Notes under the pieces: model-generated | What the model saw: the letters and a program-made list of their open reading frames with translations, nothing else | Database searches by the model: none | What the model was told of the DNA's origin: nothing | Sequence record: ON237674.1 | DNA length: 45,041 bases | Direction: 5' to 3' (one strand) | Source: Acinetobacter phage Arbor | Position numbers and translations under genes: made by a program | Shown here: positions 8,827-18,031 of the stretch, piece by piece | How the letters are laid out: every line of letters starts with the position of its first letter | Numbering within the stretch: the first letter of the stretch is position 1

Positions 8827-9185
8827 AAGCAATCAAGATCCCATGTGAGCACGACTTGCTAAGTAAGGACGATGACATATGGGTTAATGCTGTGATGCGC
8901 TGTAAGGGTGGAAGCCCTTACTGTGGCGCAGACGGTTATTGCCATGCAGGCGGCACTTGCTTTGCTGACCAAGAGCTTACAAGAGAGCAAGCAATCTTAG
9001 AAGTAGATCGCCTAGCTCAAGAATTACATAACTCAAAGATTGAAAACGACAAGTTAAGAAATGCAGCTAGTCAGCTTGTCAGCCAACTTGAATTGGCAAA
9101 AGAGCAGAACCTAAAGAACGGAAATGATCAAAGAGTATTTGCTTTGAAGTTCTGCATTCATGAAATCAAGAAAGCGATGGAGTGA
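8823..9185 (+). CDS. Cys-rich / coiled-coil hypothetical protein
   Basis: CKGGSPYCGADGYCHAGGTC cluster, then a coiled-coil segment. Confidence 0.45.
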   Translation: MKAIKIPCEHDLLSKDDDIWVNAVMRCKGGSPYCGADGYCHAGGTCFADQELTREQAILEVDRLAQELHNSKIENDKLRNAASQLVSQLELAKEQNLKNGNDQRVFALKFCIHEIKKAME

Positions 9186-9283
9186 CCAATGACCACACTC
9201 AAAGAATGCAACCATATCTACCAATATTGCTGGATCTATAAAGCTTACTTATGCATACATTGCGACAAGATGAGGATTGAAGA

Positions 9284-9559
9284 ATGATTAAGTCGATAGA
9301 TTTAGCTAGAAAGAAAGGATTTCACCATAAATTTGATTTTGCAATGTCAAGAATATGGTTGACAAGGGATAGTCATGAGAAGGTTGGAAATTATGTATTA
9401 ATCCACTTTATGAATAATAAAAAGATATTCGGTGTTGATTATATAGTTTGCGAAAATCAATACGAACTAAATGAAGCGAAATCAGATATGCTCAATAAAG
9501 GATTTAAAATTGATTGGTGTGTATTTCAAAATGCTTTGGAGTTTGTAAATGAACATTGA
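9284..9559 (+). CDS. hypothetical protein
   Basis: 91-aa ORF with SD GAGGATTGAAGA. Confidence 0.45.
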   Translation: MIKSIDLARKKGFHHKFDFAMSRIWLTRDSHEKVGNYVLIHFMNNKKIFGVDYIVCENQYELNEAKSDMLNKGFKIDWCVFQNALEFVNEH

Positions 9560-9734
9560 CGAGATTAAGAGGAATGCGCCTGATGGGGCGACACATTACA
9601 GAATTATAAAATCCGGTCGAGATGTTGAGTATTATATGACTCCGCCATATGGTATGAATCTAAAATACGATAATGGTGTATGGAGGATAACTGGCGGTTT
9701 CAAATACAATAGATTTATCAAGCCCCTTCGCTGA
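9549..9734 (+). CDS. small protein, paralog family E
   Basis: MNIDEIKRNAPDGATHY...FIKPLR. Followed by a terminator. Confidence 0.5.
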   Translation: MNIDEIKRNAPDGATHYRIIKSGRDVEYYMTPPYGMNLKYDNGVWRITGGFKYNRFIKPLR

Positions 9735-9747
9735 GGGCTTTTTTTAT
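9720..9747 (+). terminator. rho-independent terminator closing the moron cassette
   Basis: AGCCCCTTCGCTGAGGGCT hairpin followed by TTTTTTT. Confidence 0.65.
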
Positions 9748-9793
9748 AACCATTACTTGCTATAATCAAGAAAAGTGATATAGGTGAGTAAAA

Positions 9794-11122
9794 ATGCCTC
9801 TAATTAAAGGTAGTTCACAGGATGTTATTCATAAAAACATTCGTGAGCTAATTGATTCAGGAAAACCGAAAGATCAAGCGATTGCCATAGCTTACAAAGA
9901 AGCTGGAATGGCCAATGATACTGACTTTGATAAGTTGGAAGAATTGTTTGATCAATGGCTTGAAGAAGAAAAGAAAGAGCCAGAACATGCAATGGATAAG
10001 TCGGCTCGTAGCTACGACCGCAATGGCCATCTAATTGTTGACAAAACCATTATCACGAAAGCCGCAGTCAATCCTTATCTTGGCTCGTCAATTCCACGCT
10101 GGAAGGAATTAGGCTTAGATCCAAATAAAGAATACATGCTGTTGCGTGATCCTGAAGAATTGCGTAAATCTTTAGATACATTCAAAGGATTGCAGCTTCT
10201 TAAACGTCATATCCCTGTTGACGCATCTCAACCAGAAAAAGAGTCAACTATTGGCTCTATTGGTACAGACATAACAATGGATGACGAAGGGCGTGTCTGG
10301 TCATCATTGCGCGTATTTGATCAAGAAGGGATTGATTATATCGAAAGCAAGGCGTTGGGAGAATTAAGCGCTGGTTATGCTTATGATGCTGTCATGAAAT
10401 CGGGTACTTTTAATGGTGTGCCTTATGATGGTATTATGACGAATATTCATGGTAATCACGTTGCTATCGTTGAACGTGGTAGGATTGGAAGTGACGCGAT
10501 TATCGCAGATTCAATAGAGGGTCAATTAATGGCTAAAAATGTTGTTTTAAAAAAGGGCAGCCTTGCCAAATTGCGTGAGCAGTTGGGTATGGACTCTGCC
10601 GAAGATTTGAAAAAAGTTATTTTGGCGGTTCATGGTTCGCTTGCTCTTGATGAAGATGACAAGAAAGCCGAGGACGAGGACGACAAAAAAGCTGAAGATG
10701 AGGACGATGTAGAAATCGTTGAAGATTCTGAGGATGATAAACAAACTCAAGCTGACAAAGACAATGAGTCTGAAGCCATGCGTCTAAAAGCACGTGAAAA
10801 GCGTGAAGAAAAAGACCGTGACGAAGATAAGAAACAAGCGATGGATGCGGCAGAAGTTCGCGGCTCTATCATGAACATCTTTAAGGCTGGTCGAGAAGTT
10901 GAACCTTTAGTCGGTGTTATCGCTCTCGATGGCTTTAGTTCAGACCACGAAGTTTATGCCTATGCGCTTAAACAAAAAGGTGTGGATACTACTGGTATTA
11001 ATACTGCTGGTTTAGCCGCTCTTGTTAAGTCGCATAAAACTCCAGCTGTTGCGATGGATTCAGCGCCTAAAGGTAAAGTGGCTGAGAGCACATTAAACTC
11101 AATTAAACGTTTTGTTAAGTAA
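9794..11122 (+). CDS. prohead protease / scaffold fusion (XkdF/DUF2213-like N-terminus, acidic scaffold C-terminus)
   Basis: Position before the decoration and capsid genes. C-terminal highly acidic repeat DEDDKKAEDEDDKKAEDEDD and a charged helix typical of scaffolds. Confidence 0.5.
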   Translation: MPLIKGSSQDVIHKNIRELIDSGKPKDQAIAIAYKEAGMANDTDFDKLEELFDQWLEEEKKEPEHAMDKSARSYDRNGHLIVDKTIITKAAVNPYLGSSIPRWKELGLDPNKEYMLLRDPEELRKSLDTFKGLQLLKRHIPVDASQPEKESTIGSIGTDITMDDEGRVWSSLRVFDQEGIDYIESKALGELSAGYAYDAVMKSGTFNGVPYDGIMTNIHGNHVAIVERGRIGSDAIIADSIEGQLMAKNVVLKKGSLAKLREQLGMDSAEDLKKVILAVHGSLALDEDDKKAEDEDDKKAEDEDDVEIVEDSEDDKQTQADKDNESEAMRLKAREKREEKDRDEDKKQAMDAAEVRGSIMNIFKAGREVEPLVGVIALDGFSSDHEVYAYALKQKGVDTTGINTAGLAALVKSHKTPAVAMDSAPKGKVAESTLNSIKRFVK

Positions 11123-11131
11123 GGAGCTAAC

Positions 11132-11626
11132 ATGAGCTTTCAGAAAACAGTTAATTTAAATCCGCCAATTGGTGTTGTGGGTGCATTTGCCTCTATTGGT
11201 GTTTCGCATACTGCATTGGCTGGTGTTGAGCAATTTATTGCTGGTACTGCTGGTGTAACTATTGCTCGTTTTGCTTGGTGCAATACGATTGACGGTACAG
11301 TGCAAAATGCCAAGCCTGCTGACACAACTAATTGGGTTGTTGGTTTTATTGAGCGCGATACAAACATCGGTGTAATTACTGATTGGCAAGGTCAAGCGAC
11401 AATGGTTGTGCCTAAAGGTATGCCAATTAGCGCTTATGACCGCGGTGACTTTTTCGTTGTGGCAACCACTGTTGCGACTGTAGGTCAGAAGGTATTTGCT
11501 TCTGATACTGACGGAACTATCGCAACTGGTGCGGCTGGCGCAACTGTGGCGGGTCACACTGAAACTAATTTTACTGTTGCTAAATCTGGCGCGGTTGGCA
11601 CTGTTCTTAAGATTACAGCGCAATAA
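11132..11626 (+). CDS. head decoration / minor capsid protein (Gly/Ala/Thr/Val-rich)
   Basis: 164 aa between the protease-scaffold and the MCP, as for lambda D / DUF2190-type proteins. Confidence 0.4.
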   Translation: MSFQKTVNLNPPIGVVGAFASIGVSHTALAGVEQFIAGTAGVTIARFAWCNTIDGTVQNAKPADTTNWVVGFIERDTNIGVITDWQGQATMVVPKGMPISAYDRGDFFVVATTVATVGQKVFASDTDGTIATGAAGATVAGHTETNFTVAKSGAVGTVLKITAQ

Positions 11627-11636
11627 GGAGAGATAA

Positions 11637-12644
11637 ATGACTCAACAATATTCAAGCGCTGACATTCAAGCGATTAACTTGGCATTAGGGACAAATTTCC
11701 CTCTTGATGCTCAAACAATCGCTATGGACTCTTATGTGGCTGGTGCTGCTCAGACTGCACCTAACGCTGGTATTCCAGCAATGCTCACCACATTCTTATC
11801 GCCTAAGTGGATCGAGTTTTTAACCGCTCCAATGAATGCGGCAAAGGCATTTGATGAGAAACAATTTGGTGATCGTGTTACAACGAACATCGCAATCCCT
11901 ACTTTCGAGCTTTACGGTGAAACGTCTAGTTATGGCGATTTTAACGATAACGGCATGTCAAATGACAACGAAAACTACGAATACCGTCAACCGTATGCGT
12001 ATCAAACCAATATTAAAATTGGTGAGATTGCGGAAGAGCGTGCGGCGGCGGCTCGTTTTAGTTTGGTTGAGCGCCAAATTCAAGCGACCACACTTACATT
12101 AAATAAAACGCAAAACGCTATTTATTTATATGGTGTGCAAGGTCTTAAAAACTATGGCTTGTTGAATGATCCTGATTTGTTGCCTGATTCTGTGGGCGCA
12201 AACTGGGCAATTTTAGATTCATTGGGTTTATATAATGAAGTCCTTAAGTTGTTCACTCAACTGGTAACTCAGTCTAATGGTCTTGTTCAGGAAACTGACG
12301 CAATGACTTTGGTATTGTCGCCTAAGATGAATGCACGCTTACTTGCATCTAACCAATATGGCTTGAATGCAATGAAGTACATCAAGGATAACCTACCGAA
12401 CCTTAAGATTGTTCCAATCCCTGAATACTCGACTGATGCTGGTGAGAAAGTTCAATTAGTGCTTGATTCATATATGGGTCAAGAAACGATTCACTTGGGC
12501 TTTGTTGATAAGTTGCGTACTCACAAGGTGGAAGTTAAAACTTCTGGATTCTTGCAAAAACGCTCTCAGTCAACTATCGGTGCGATCATCTACTATCCGA
12601 TGCTTGTTGCTAATATGCTTGCATCTTATGATGAAACACCCTGA
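11637..12644 (+). CDS. major capsid protein (lambda E-like / DUF2184-type)
   Basis: 335 aa. Strong SD AAGGAGAG. Gene order protease-decoration-MCP. Strong terminator downstream. Confidence 0.65.
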   Translation: MTQQYSSADIQAINLALGTNFPLDAQTIAMDSYVAGAAQTAPNAGIPAMLTTFLSPKWIEFLTAPMNAAKAFDEKQFGDRVTTNIAIPTFELYGETSSYGDFNDNGMSNDNENYEYRQPYAYQTNIKIGEIAEERAAAARFSLVERQIQATTLTLNKTQNAIYLYGVQGLKNYGLLNDPDLLPDSVGANWAILDSLGLYNEVLKLFTQLVTQSNGLVQETDAMTLVLSPKMNARLLASNQYGLNAMKYIKDNLPNLKIVPIPEYSTDAGEKVQLVLDSYMGQETIHLGFVDKLRTHKVEVKTSGFLQKRSQSTIGAIIYYPMLVANMLASYDETP

Positions 12645-12660
12645 TTAATACCAAGAAAGT

Positions 12661-12686
12661 GCTACCCTAGCGGTAGCATTTTTTTT
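12661..12686 (+). terminator. rho-independent terminator after the capsid gene
   Basis: GCTACCCTAGCGGTAGC hairpin followed by TTTTTTTT. Confidence 0.7.
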
Positions 12687-12723
12687 GGGTTAAGATAGCA
12701 TTATCAAACAAGAGGCTTAATCA

Positions 12724-13077
12724 ATGGCAACTGTAATTATCGGATGCAAAACCCCTAACGGATTCTGGATGGAGCATGAAGGGGTAAAAGTTAAAATCAA
12801 TGGAACTCAGTCTGAAGACGGATTTATCATGGTTGAGAAAGGTTTAACTGTTGGTATCACTTATGATGTGGATAAATCATTATGGGATGCGTGGCGTACT
12901 AAGTTTGCTAGTCACCCTTTATGTGCTGAGCAATTTGTTTTTGAAGCTAAGTCTGAATCTAGTGCAAAGGCACAAGCAAAAGAGACTAAAAGTGTAAAAA
13001 CTGGTCTTGAGCAAAAAACCCCTGCTGAACTTGAAAAAGTAGCTGGCGCAAAGAAAGACCAAAGTGCCGATGAATAA
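12724..13077 (+). CDS. hypothetical structural protein
   Basis: 117 aa with a Lys/Ala-rich C-terminus. SD AAGAGGC. Confidence 0.45.
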   Translation: MATVIIGCKTPNGFWMEHEGVKVKINGTQSEDGFIMVEKGLTVGITYDVDKSLWDAWRTKFASHPLCAEQFVFEAKSESSAKAQAKETKSVKTGLEQKTPAELEKVAGAKKDQSADE

Positions 13078-13086
13078 GGACTAAAT

Positions 13087-13539
13087 ATGTCTAACGTTTT
13101 CGTTTTCGATCCTGCTGCGTTTAAGCTTTCTTATCCGCAGTTTGCAAAGTTCACTAATGAACAGCTAACAAACTTCTTTGAGGAAGTAGAAAACACTATT
13201 GTTGATAACACTGAGTCATCTTGCTTTAGTTTAAAAGATCGCAAGAAGCGGTTTTATCTTTTAGTGGCTCATAACGCAGAATTGCAAAATAGGATCAATG
13301 ACGGAAACACTGGCTTGGTTGGTCGTATTAGCTCTGCTACAGAAGGTTCTGTATCTATTAGCACTGATTACTCTATGGGTAGCGGTGCTTTAGAGCAATG
13401 GCTTAAACAAACACCTTACGGTGCTAAGTTCTATGCGTTTACTGCGCCATATCGCACGGCATTGTGGGTAGCTGCTACTGCTCCTATGCCAGTTGAACGC
13501 ACTAAATGGCCTTATCCTTTTGGGTGGGGTAATTATTAG
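13087..13539 (+). CDS. putative head-tail connector / head completion protein
   Basis: 150 aa, position after the MCP. Confidence 0.4.
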   Translation: MSNVFVFDPAAFKLSYPQFAKFTNEQLTNFFEEVENTIVDNTESSCFSLKDRKKRFYLLVAHNAELQNRINDGNTGLVGRISSATEGSVSISTDYSMGSGALEQWLKQTPYGAKFYAFTAPYRTALWVAATAPMPVERTKWPYPFGWGNY

Positions 13540-13643
13540 GAGATATTCATGAAAGAAGGTTATGGATTGGGTAAAGACGGCTATGGTCTTGGCTCAGAAG
13601 GCTGGGACTTTTAACCCATATCAAAAATATTGATCTCACATTT

Positions 13644-13670
13644 AAACCCTGTCGATTGACGGGGTTTTTA
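13644..13670. terminator. bidirectional terminator between convergent genes
   Basis: CCCTGTCGATTGACGGGG hairpin, A-run upstream and T-run downstream. Confidence 0.5.
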
Positions 13671-13716
13671 TTATGCAAACTTATTGCGAAGTTAAAGCAA
13701 AACAAAACCGAATGGG

Positions 13717-13941
13717 TTATTTTTGGGTTATCAAGAAGACTTTAGCCAATTGAGTTCCGAGCGGATTTGCGCGCATCGTGTTGTAAATCAGCCCGCATCG
13801 TCCATCAAAGATAAATCTAATTGATTCGCCTTTGTTCTTGATGGCAACAATGTCTGCACCCTTGTCTATTAGCCAATTTTCAAAGTCACGAAGTTGTCGA
13901 GTTTCAAGATTCAATTTCGGACTTTTTTGTTTTTTAGCCAT
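13717..13941 (-). CDS. moron: hypothetical 74-aa protein on the opposite strand
   Basis: Only minus-strand gene in the structural block. Basic N-terminus MAKKQKSPK. Confidence 0.5.
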   Translation of the reverse strand: MAKKQKSPKLNLETRQLRDFENWLIDKGADIVAIKNKGESIRFIFDGRCGLIYNTMRANPLGTQLAKVFLITQK

Positions 13942-14517
13942 GATTTACCCCTAAATCTTATTTAAGTTAACTAATACTATATAGATATATGCTATTGGTG
14001 AGATTCTGAGAGAAAAAGTTAATATTCATCCTAAGACAGTCTTTTTTAAAAAAACTATCTTGAACATTAACTTTATCAAAGTATGCTACTGGAGCCGACC
14101 CTTCGATTAAAGTCCGAAATCATTGTTAAACATATTTCGGTTGCTAGTTACCCTGATTTAACTCAGTCCAAGCTCTGCCTAGCACGCCATTTCTGACTAT
14201 TCCAACAGATTCCTGTTTGCTTGACCCTCACAGTACAGGATTGTTTAAGCTATGCGCTGCCGTTATAGTTGTTCCGACCACATAACCGATTTACTTAGTT
14301 TCACACTGGTTGTAAGTAACAGATAAATTATAGCATCTGATCAAAAATCGTTAAGTGAAAATAATTCATCTTCGATTTCATTTATTGTTAATTCATTCAT
14401 CTATGCAAATTTTGCATAATTAGAATTATTCATCAAATTTAAATAAAGTGAATTTTATTCATGTTTATGCATTGGTAGTGAATGGTGCTAAACTTAGCAA
14501 AAGTGGAGGGCTACTCA

Positions 14518-14954
14518 TGACAATAAAACGCACAGGCTCACTAGACCAAGCATTAAACCGCTTGATTTCTAGTAATGATCAGTATGTAAAGGCTGGTGTA
14601 TTGGAAGGGTCTAAATATCCAGATGGCACTAGCGTTGCTACTGTGGCTTATAAGAACGAATACGGATTTAAGAACATTCCTAGTCGCCCATTTATGAGAA
14701 CCACTGTAAGAGAGCAAAAGGATGCTTGGGTAGAGCTAACCAAAAAAGGTATTAAAGCTGGATACACACTAGAGCATACACTTAATTTGGTTGGGTTGAG
14801 TATGCAGAATGAGATTCAGTATTCTATTATGATATGGAGTGAGCCACCAAACGCACCAGCAACTATTGCAGCCAAAGGATTTGACGCGCCATTAAGGGAT
14901 AGTTTGCTCATGCATGACAGCATTAAATACGAAGTTGTTGAGGGTAAACTATGA
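14518..14954 (+). CDS. tail/neck protein (hypothetical)
   Basis: SD GGAGGG before ATG 14518. The ORF-track start at 14448 is probably too early. Confidence 0.45.
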
Positions 14955-15139
14955 AAGTATCAATAAAAGTAAACTCAGAAAAGCTTTATCAAAAGATTGA
15001 AAAAGCTATTGAGTATTTTAAGGATGCAGAATCAAGACAATTGAACAATGTTGATCTTGGCAAATGTTCAGATGATTACATCAAGGCACTACTTATATTT
15101 GATCAAACACTCTTTACGACAAAGACAATAGAACCATGA
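14951..15139 (+). CDS. hypothetical small protein
   Basis: ATGA-coupled to the upstream gene. Confidence 0.4.
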   Translation: MKVSIKVNSEKLYQKIEKAIEYFKDAESRQLNNVDLGKCSDDYIKALLIFDQTLFTTKTIEP

Positions 15140-15154
15140 AACATGTTGTATAAT

Positions 15155-15181
15155 AGCCTCATCAAACGATGGGGCTTTTTT
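15155..15181 (+). terminator. intra-operon terminator/attenuator abutting the next start codon
   Basis: AGCCTCATCAAACGATGGGGCT hairpin followed by TTTTTT, then ATG at 15182. Confidence 0.45.
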
Positions 15182-15580
15182 ATGTCACTTAAAGTCAGAG
15201 CTATTGCAAACAGTATTACAACGGCAGTAAATGAAAATGTTAATGCGACAATAAAAATATCGACTGGATATACAGTGTCGCCAGATGGAACACAGATTCC
15301 AAGTTATGAAGAGTTTGTAACGAAATTGCAGTTGCAATCTGTACCCTCTTCAGATTTGGAGCATTTTGGTTTTGCTAATCAGCAAAGTTTATATGTTTAT
15401 GCATATGGAAATGAGTTTTTTGAAATCCTAGACAGAAAACAGGGTAAGGGCAATGCGCTTGTCGAAACCATAAAATATGCTGATAATAGTATTTATGTAT
15501 GGCAAGTCATAAAAAATGCTGAACCATGGTTCGATTGGTCAAAAGCATTACTTCAACTTATTGAGAAAAAGCCAGTATGA
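15182..15580 (+). CDS. tail completion/neck protein (hypothetical)
   Basis: In-frame ATG immediately after the terminator T-run (MSLKVRAIANS...). Confidence 0.45.
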   Translation: MSLKVRAIANSITTAVNENVNATIKISTGYTVSPDGTQIPSYEEFVTKLQLQSVPSSDLEHFGFANQQSLYVYAYGNEFFEILDRKQGKGNALVETIKYADNSIYVWQVIKNAEPWFDWSKALLQLIEKKPV

Positions 15581-16071
15581 ACATACTAAGCACACTTTAT
15601 GCAGATATGCGTCAATATCTGTTGAAAACCTTTAATCTGCCTGCAAATGATACAACGGTAATTAGGGGTTACAACAACCTAAATCCAATCCCTAAAAACG
15701 CCATTATCATGACTTTTATGCAAGGTCGTCATTTGGATCAAAAGTCAGTTAATTATGACGGTGGCAAGCAAATCATCTTTAATTCCATGCAAGGCACAAT
15801 GCAGTTAGATTTTTACGGTGATAACTCTATGGATCGGGCGCAAGAGGTTCAAACGCTTTGGAATAGCCATTATACTACTGACACACTAATTAATTGTGTA
15901 CCATTGGGCAATCCACGCATACGTGATTTATCTTTCGTTAATGAGGCTGGAATGTATGAATTGCGCTTTATGATTGAGGCCGACTTGCAATACAATACAA
16001 AGTACGAAAAAACAGTTAATATACTGGAAGACGTTTCTCAAATCGATTTGGAGTCTATCAATGCAGTTTAA
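15577..16071 (+). CDS. hypothetical tail protein
   Basis: ATGA-coupled. 164 aa. Confidence 0.45.
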   Translation: MNILSTLYADMRQYLLKTFNLPANDTTVIRGYNNLNPIPKNAIIMTFMQGRHLDQKSVNYDGGKQIIFNSMQGTMQLDFYGDNSMDRAQEVQTLWNSHYTTDTLINCVPLGNPRIRDLSFVNEAGMYELRFMIEADLQYNTKYEKTVNILEDVSQIDLESINAV

Positions 16072-17524
16072 CTCTATCCCAGCAAGTAATATTGCTGCTG
16101 TCTACCCTGCCGTAATTGGTGGCGGTGGCAACCCACTAGGATTAAATACAACTTTATTTGTAAATGAAGCTGTATATCCAAACTATGAATATTTTTCTAA
16201 TACTCTAGTCGGTCAGCACTATGGTTTAGAAAGTGATGTTTATAAGTTTGCTACCGTTTATTTTAACGGCTTTAATAACGCAACTACTCGACCAAATTCG
16301 CTATTCATTGCAACATACAATTCAGATGAATACCCAGCTACCATTATCGGCGGTGATATTACTGGTACAAGCATTGCTAATCTTAAACTGATTAACGGCA
16401 GTTTAAATATCGTTGTTGACGGTGTATCAAAAAACGTTACTGTCGATTTAAGCACTGCAAACTCGTATAGCGATGCGGCTGCTCTAATCGGCACAGCATT
16501 GACCTTGACTTGTGTTTACCAATCCACAACCAAAGGTTTTGTAATTCAATCTGGTACTACAGGCGAAGGCTCAACTATTAGCTTTGCGACTGGTACTGTG
16601 GCTGATAAGTTGAAATTAACTCAAGATACTGGCGCAATCCTAAACAATCATACAACGCAAGATACGCCTGAAACTGCGGCATTGAGCGCAATTCAGTTTA
16701 GTAGTAACTTTGTGAATTTTACTTATGCAGATGGCGTATTTGATGATGATGCCCTAAAAGCTTTTGCCACTTGGATCACTCAACAAAATAGCCGATTCAA
16801 GCTGTATACGTGGGGCCTTGACCCTGTTGCACTTGGTCAAAGTGGCGCGTCATTTGGTGAGTGGGCAAAAGAAAATACTAGTGGTGTTGTTCCGATTTAC
16901 GGTACTTTTGATAAGGCAGCTTTCTTCTGCGGTGTTTCTGGTTCAATTAACTATCAAGAAGCTAACGGGCGCACAACTACTGCCTTCCGTAGTCAAGATG
17001 GTTTAGTTCCAGACGTAACAAATGAAGCTGATGCAGAAACATTAGTTAAGAATGGTTACTCATTCTATGGCGCTTGGGCAACCGCTAATGACCGCTTCCA
17101 GTTTGCTGGCAATGGCTCTGTAACAGGTCAATATAAATGGATTGATAACTTTGACTTCCAAGTGTTCTTGCGTACTCAGTTGCAGCTTGCGTATATGAAC
17201 ATGTTTCAAGCTCAAAAGACAATCCCATACAATGATCAAGGTATTGCTACAGTTCGAGCATACTCACAAGATCCAATTGATCAAGGTATTAACTTTGGTG
17301 GTATCCGCGCTGGTGTAAACCTGTCTAATGCTCAAAAATTCCAAGTGAACCAAGAAGCTGGTTTTGACGCTGCTAGTCAATTATTCGCACAAGGTTGGGC
17401 GCTGTCTATTACTTTGCCAGACTCGCAAACTCGCGTGGCTCGTGAATCATTTATTATCAAGTTATTCTATACGGACGGCTCCAGCATGCAACGTCTAGAA
17501 ATGACTGCTACTAACGTTCAATAA
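16058..17524 (+). CDS. tail sheath protein
   Basis: About 488 aa, immediately upstream of a 149-aa tube-like gene and the chaperone/tape-measure genes. SD GGAG before ATG 16058. Confidence 0.55.
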   Translation, partial: SMQFNSIPASNIAAVYPAVIGGGGNPLGLNTTLFVNEAVYPNYEYFSNTLVGQHYGLESDVYKFATVYFNGFNNATTRPNSLFIATYNSDEYPATIIGGDITGTSIANLKLINGSLNIVVDGVSKNVTVDLSTANSYSDAAALIGTALTLTCVYQSTTKGFVIQSGTTGEGSTISFATGTVADKLKLTQDTGAILNNHTTQDTPETAALSAIQFSSNFVNFTYADGVFDDDALKAFATWITQQNSRFKLYTWGLDPVALGQSGASFGEWAKENTSGVVPIYGTFDKAAFFCGVSGSINYQEANGRTTTAFRSQDGLVPDVTNEADAETLVKNGYSFYGAWATANDRFQFAGNGSVTGQYKWIDNFDFQVFLRTQLQLAYMNMFQAQKTIPYNDQGIATVRAYSQDPIDQGINFGGIRAGVNLSNAQKFQVNQEAGFDAASQLFAQGWALSITLPDSQTRVARESFIIKLFYTDGSSMQRLEMTATNVQ

Positions 17525-17536
17525 GGAGATTAACTT

Positions 17537-17986
17537 ATGTCAATGGGTCTTAATCCGAACACAATTACATCCGCAAATACGATCATATCAATGCGCTGTG
17601 CTGGAATTTATGATGACTGGATTACGCTTGAAGGGGCGCAAACAGACGCATTCTTGTCATTCGAAGATGTAACGTTTGCACAAACTGAAGTGGGTGTAGA
17701 TGGCAAATTGTCAATGGGCTTTATTCCACACAAAACCAACAGTACAATTTCTCTAGCTGCTAACAGCAAATCTATCATGGTTTTTGAAAACATTTACAAA
17801 AACTTTGTTAAGATGATGGATGTATTGCCGATTGAGCTTCGCGCTTACTATCCTTCTGTTAAGCGCTCTCAAACAATCGAAGGTTGTTTTGTGGGTAAGG
17901 CTGGTGGTACTGGTGTAGCATCTTTATTAGCTGGAAGTACATACCGCATTGAAGGTATTTCAAAAGGCTTAATCGAAGTTAACTAA
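17537..17986 (+). CDS. tail tube protein
   Basis: 149 aa. SD AAGGAGA. Between the sheath and the chaperones. Confidence 0.5.
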   Translation: MSMGLNPNTITSANTIISMRCAGIYDDWITLEGAQTDAFLSFEDVTFAQTEVGVDGKLSMGFIPHKTNSTISLAANSKSIMVFENIYKNFVKMMDVLPIELRAYYPSVKRSQTIEGCFVGKAGGTGVASLLAGSTYRIEGISKGLIEVN

Positions 17987-17991
17987 CCATA

Positions 17992-18018
17992 AGGGGAGAA
18001 ATCCCCTTTCTATTTTTT
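17992..18018 (+). terminator. rho-independent terminator after the tube gene
   Basis: AGGGGAGAAATCCCCT hairpin followed by TTCTATTTTTT. Confidence 0.6.
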
Positions 18019-18031
18019 AGAGGCTAAAATC

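Noticed and set aside
10547-10750. Minus-strand ORF inside the scaffold region
   Set aside because: Antisense to the acidic-repeat coding region. Spurious.
11140-11623. Minus-strand ORFs 11140..11367 and 11156..11623 antisense to the decoration gene
   Set aside because: They lie entirely inside a well-supported plus-strand structural gene. The low-complexity Ser/Cys/Asn-rich translation is typical of antisense frames of Gly/Ala/Thr-rich genes. No RBS.
12463-12648. Small plus-strand ORFs 11836..12102 and 12463..12648 within the major capsid gene
   Set aside because: Alternative frames of the capsid gene. Arg/Leu-rich junk translation.
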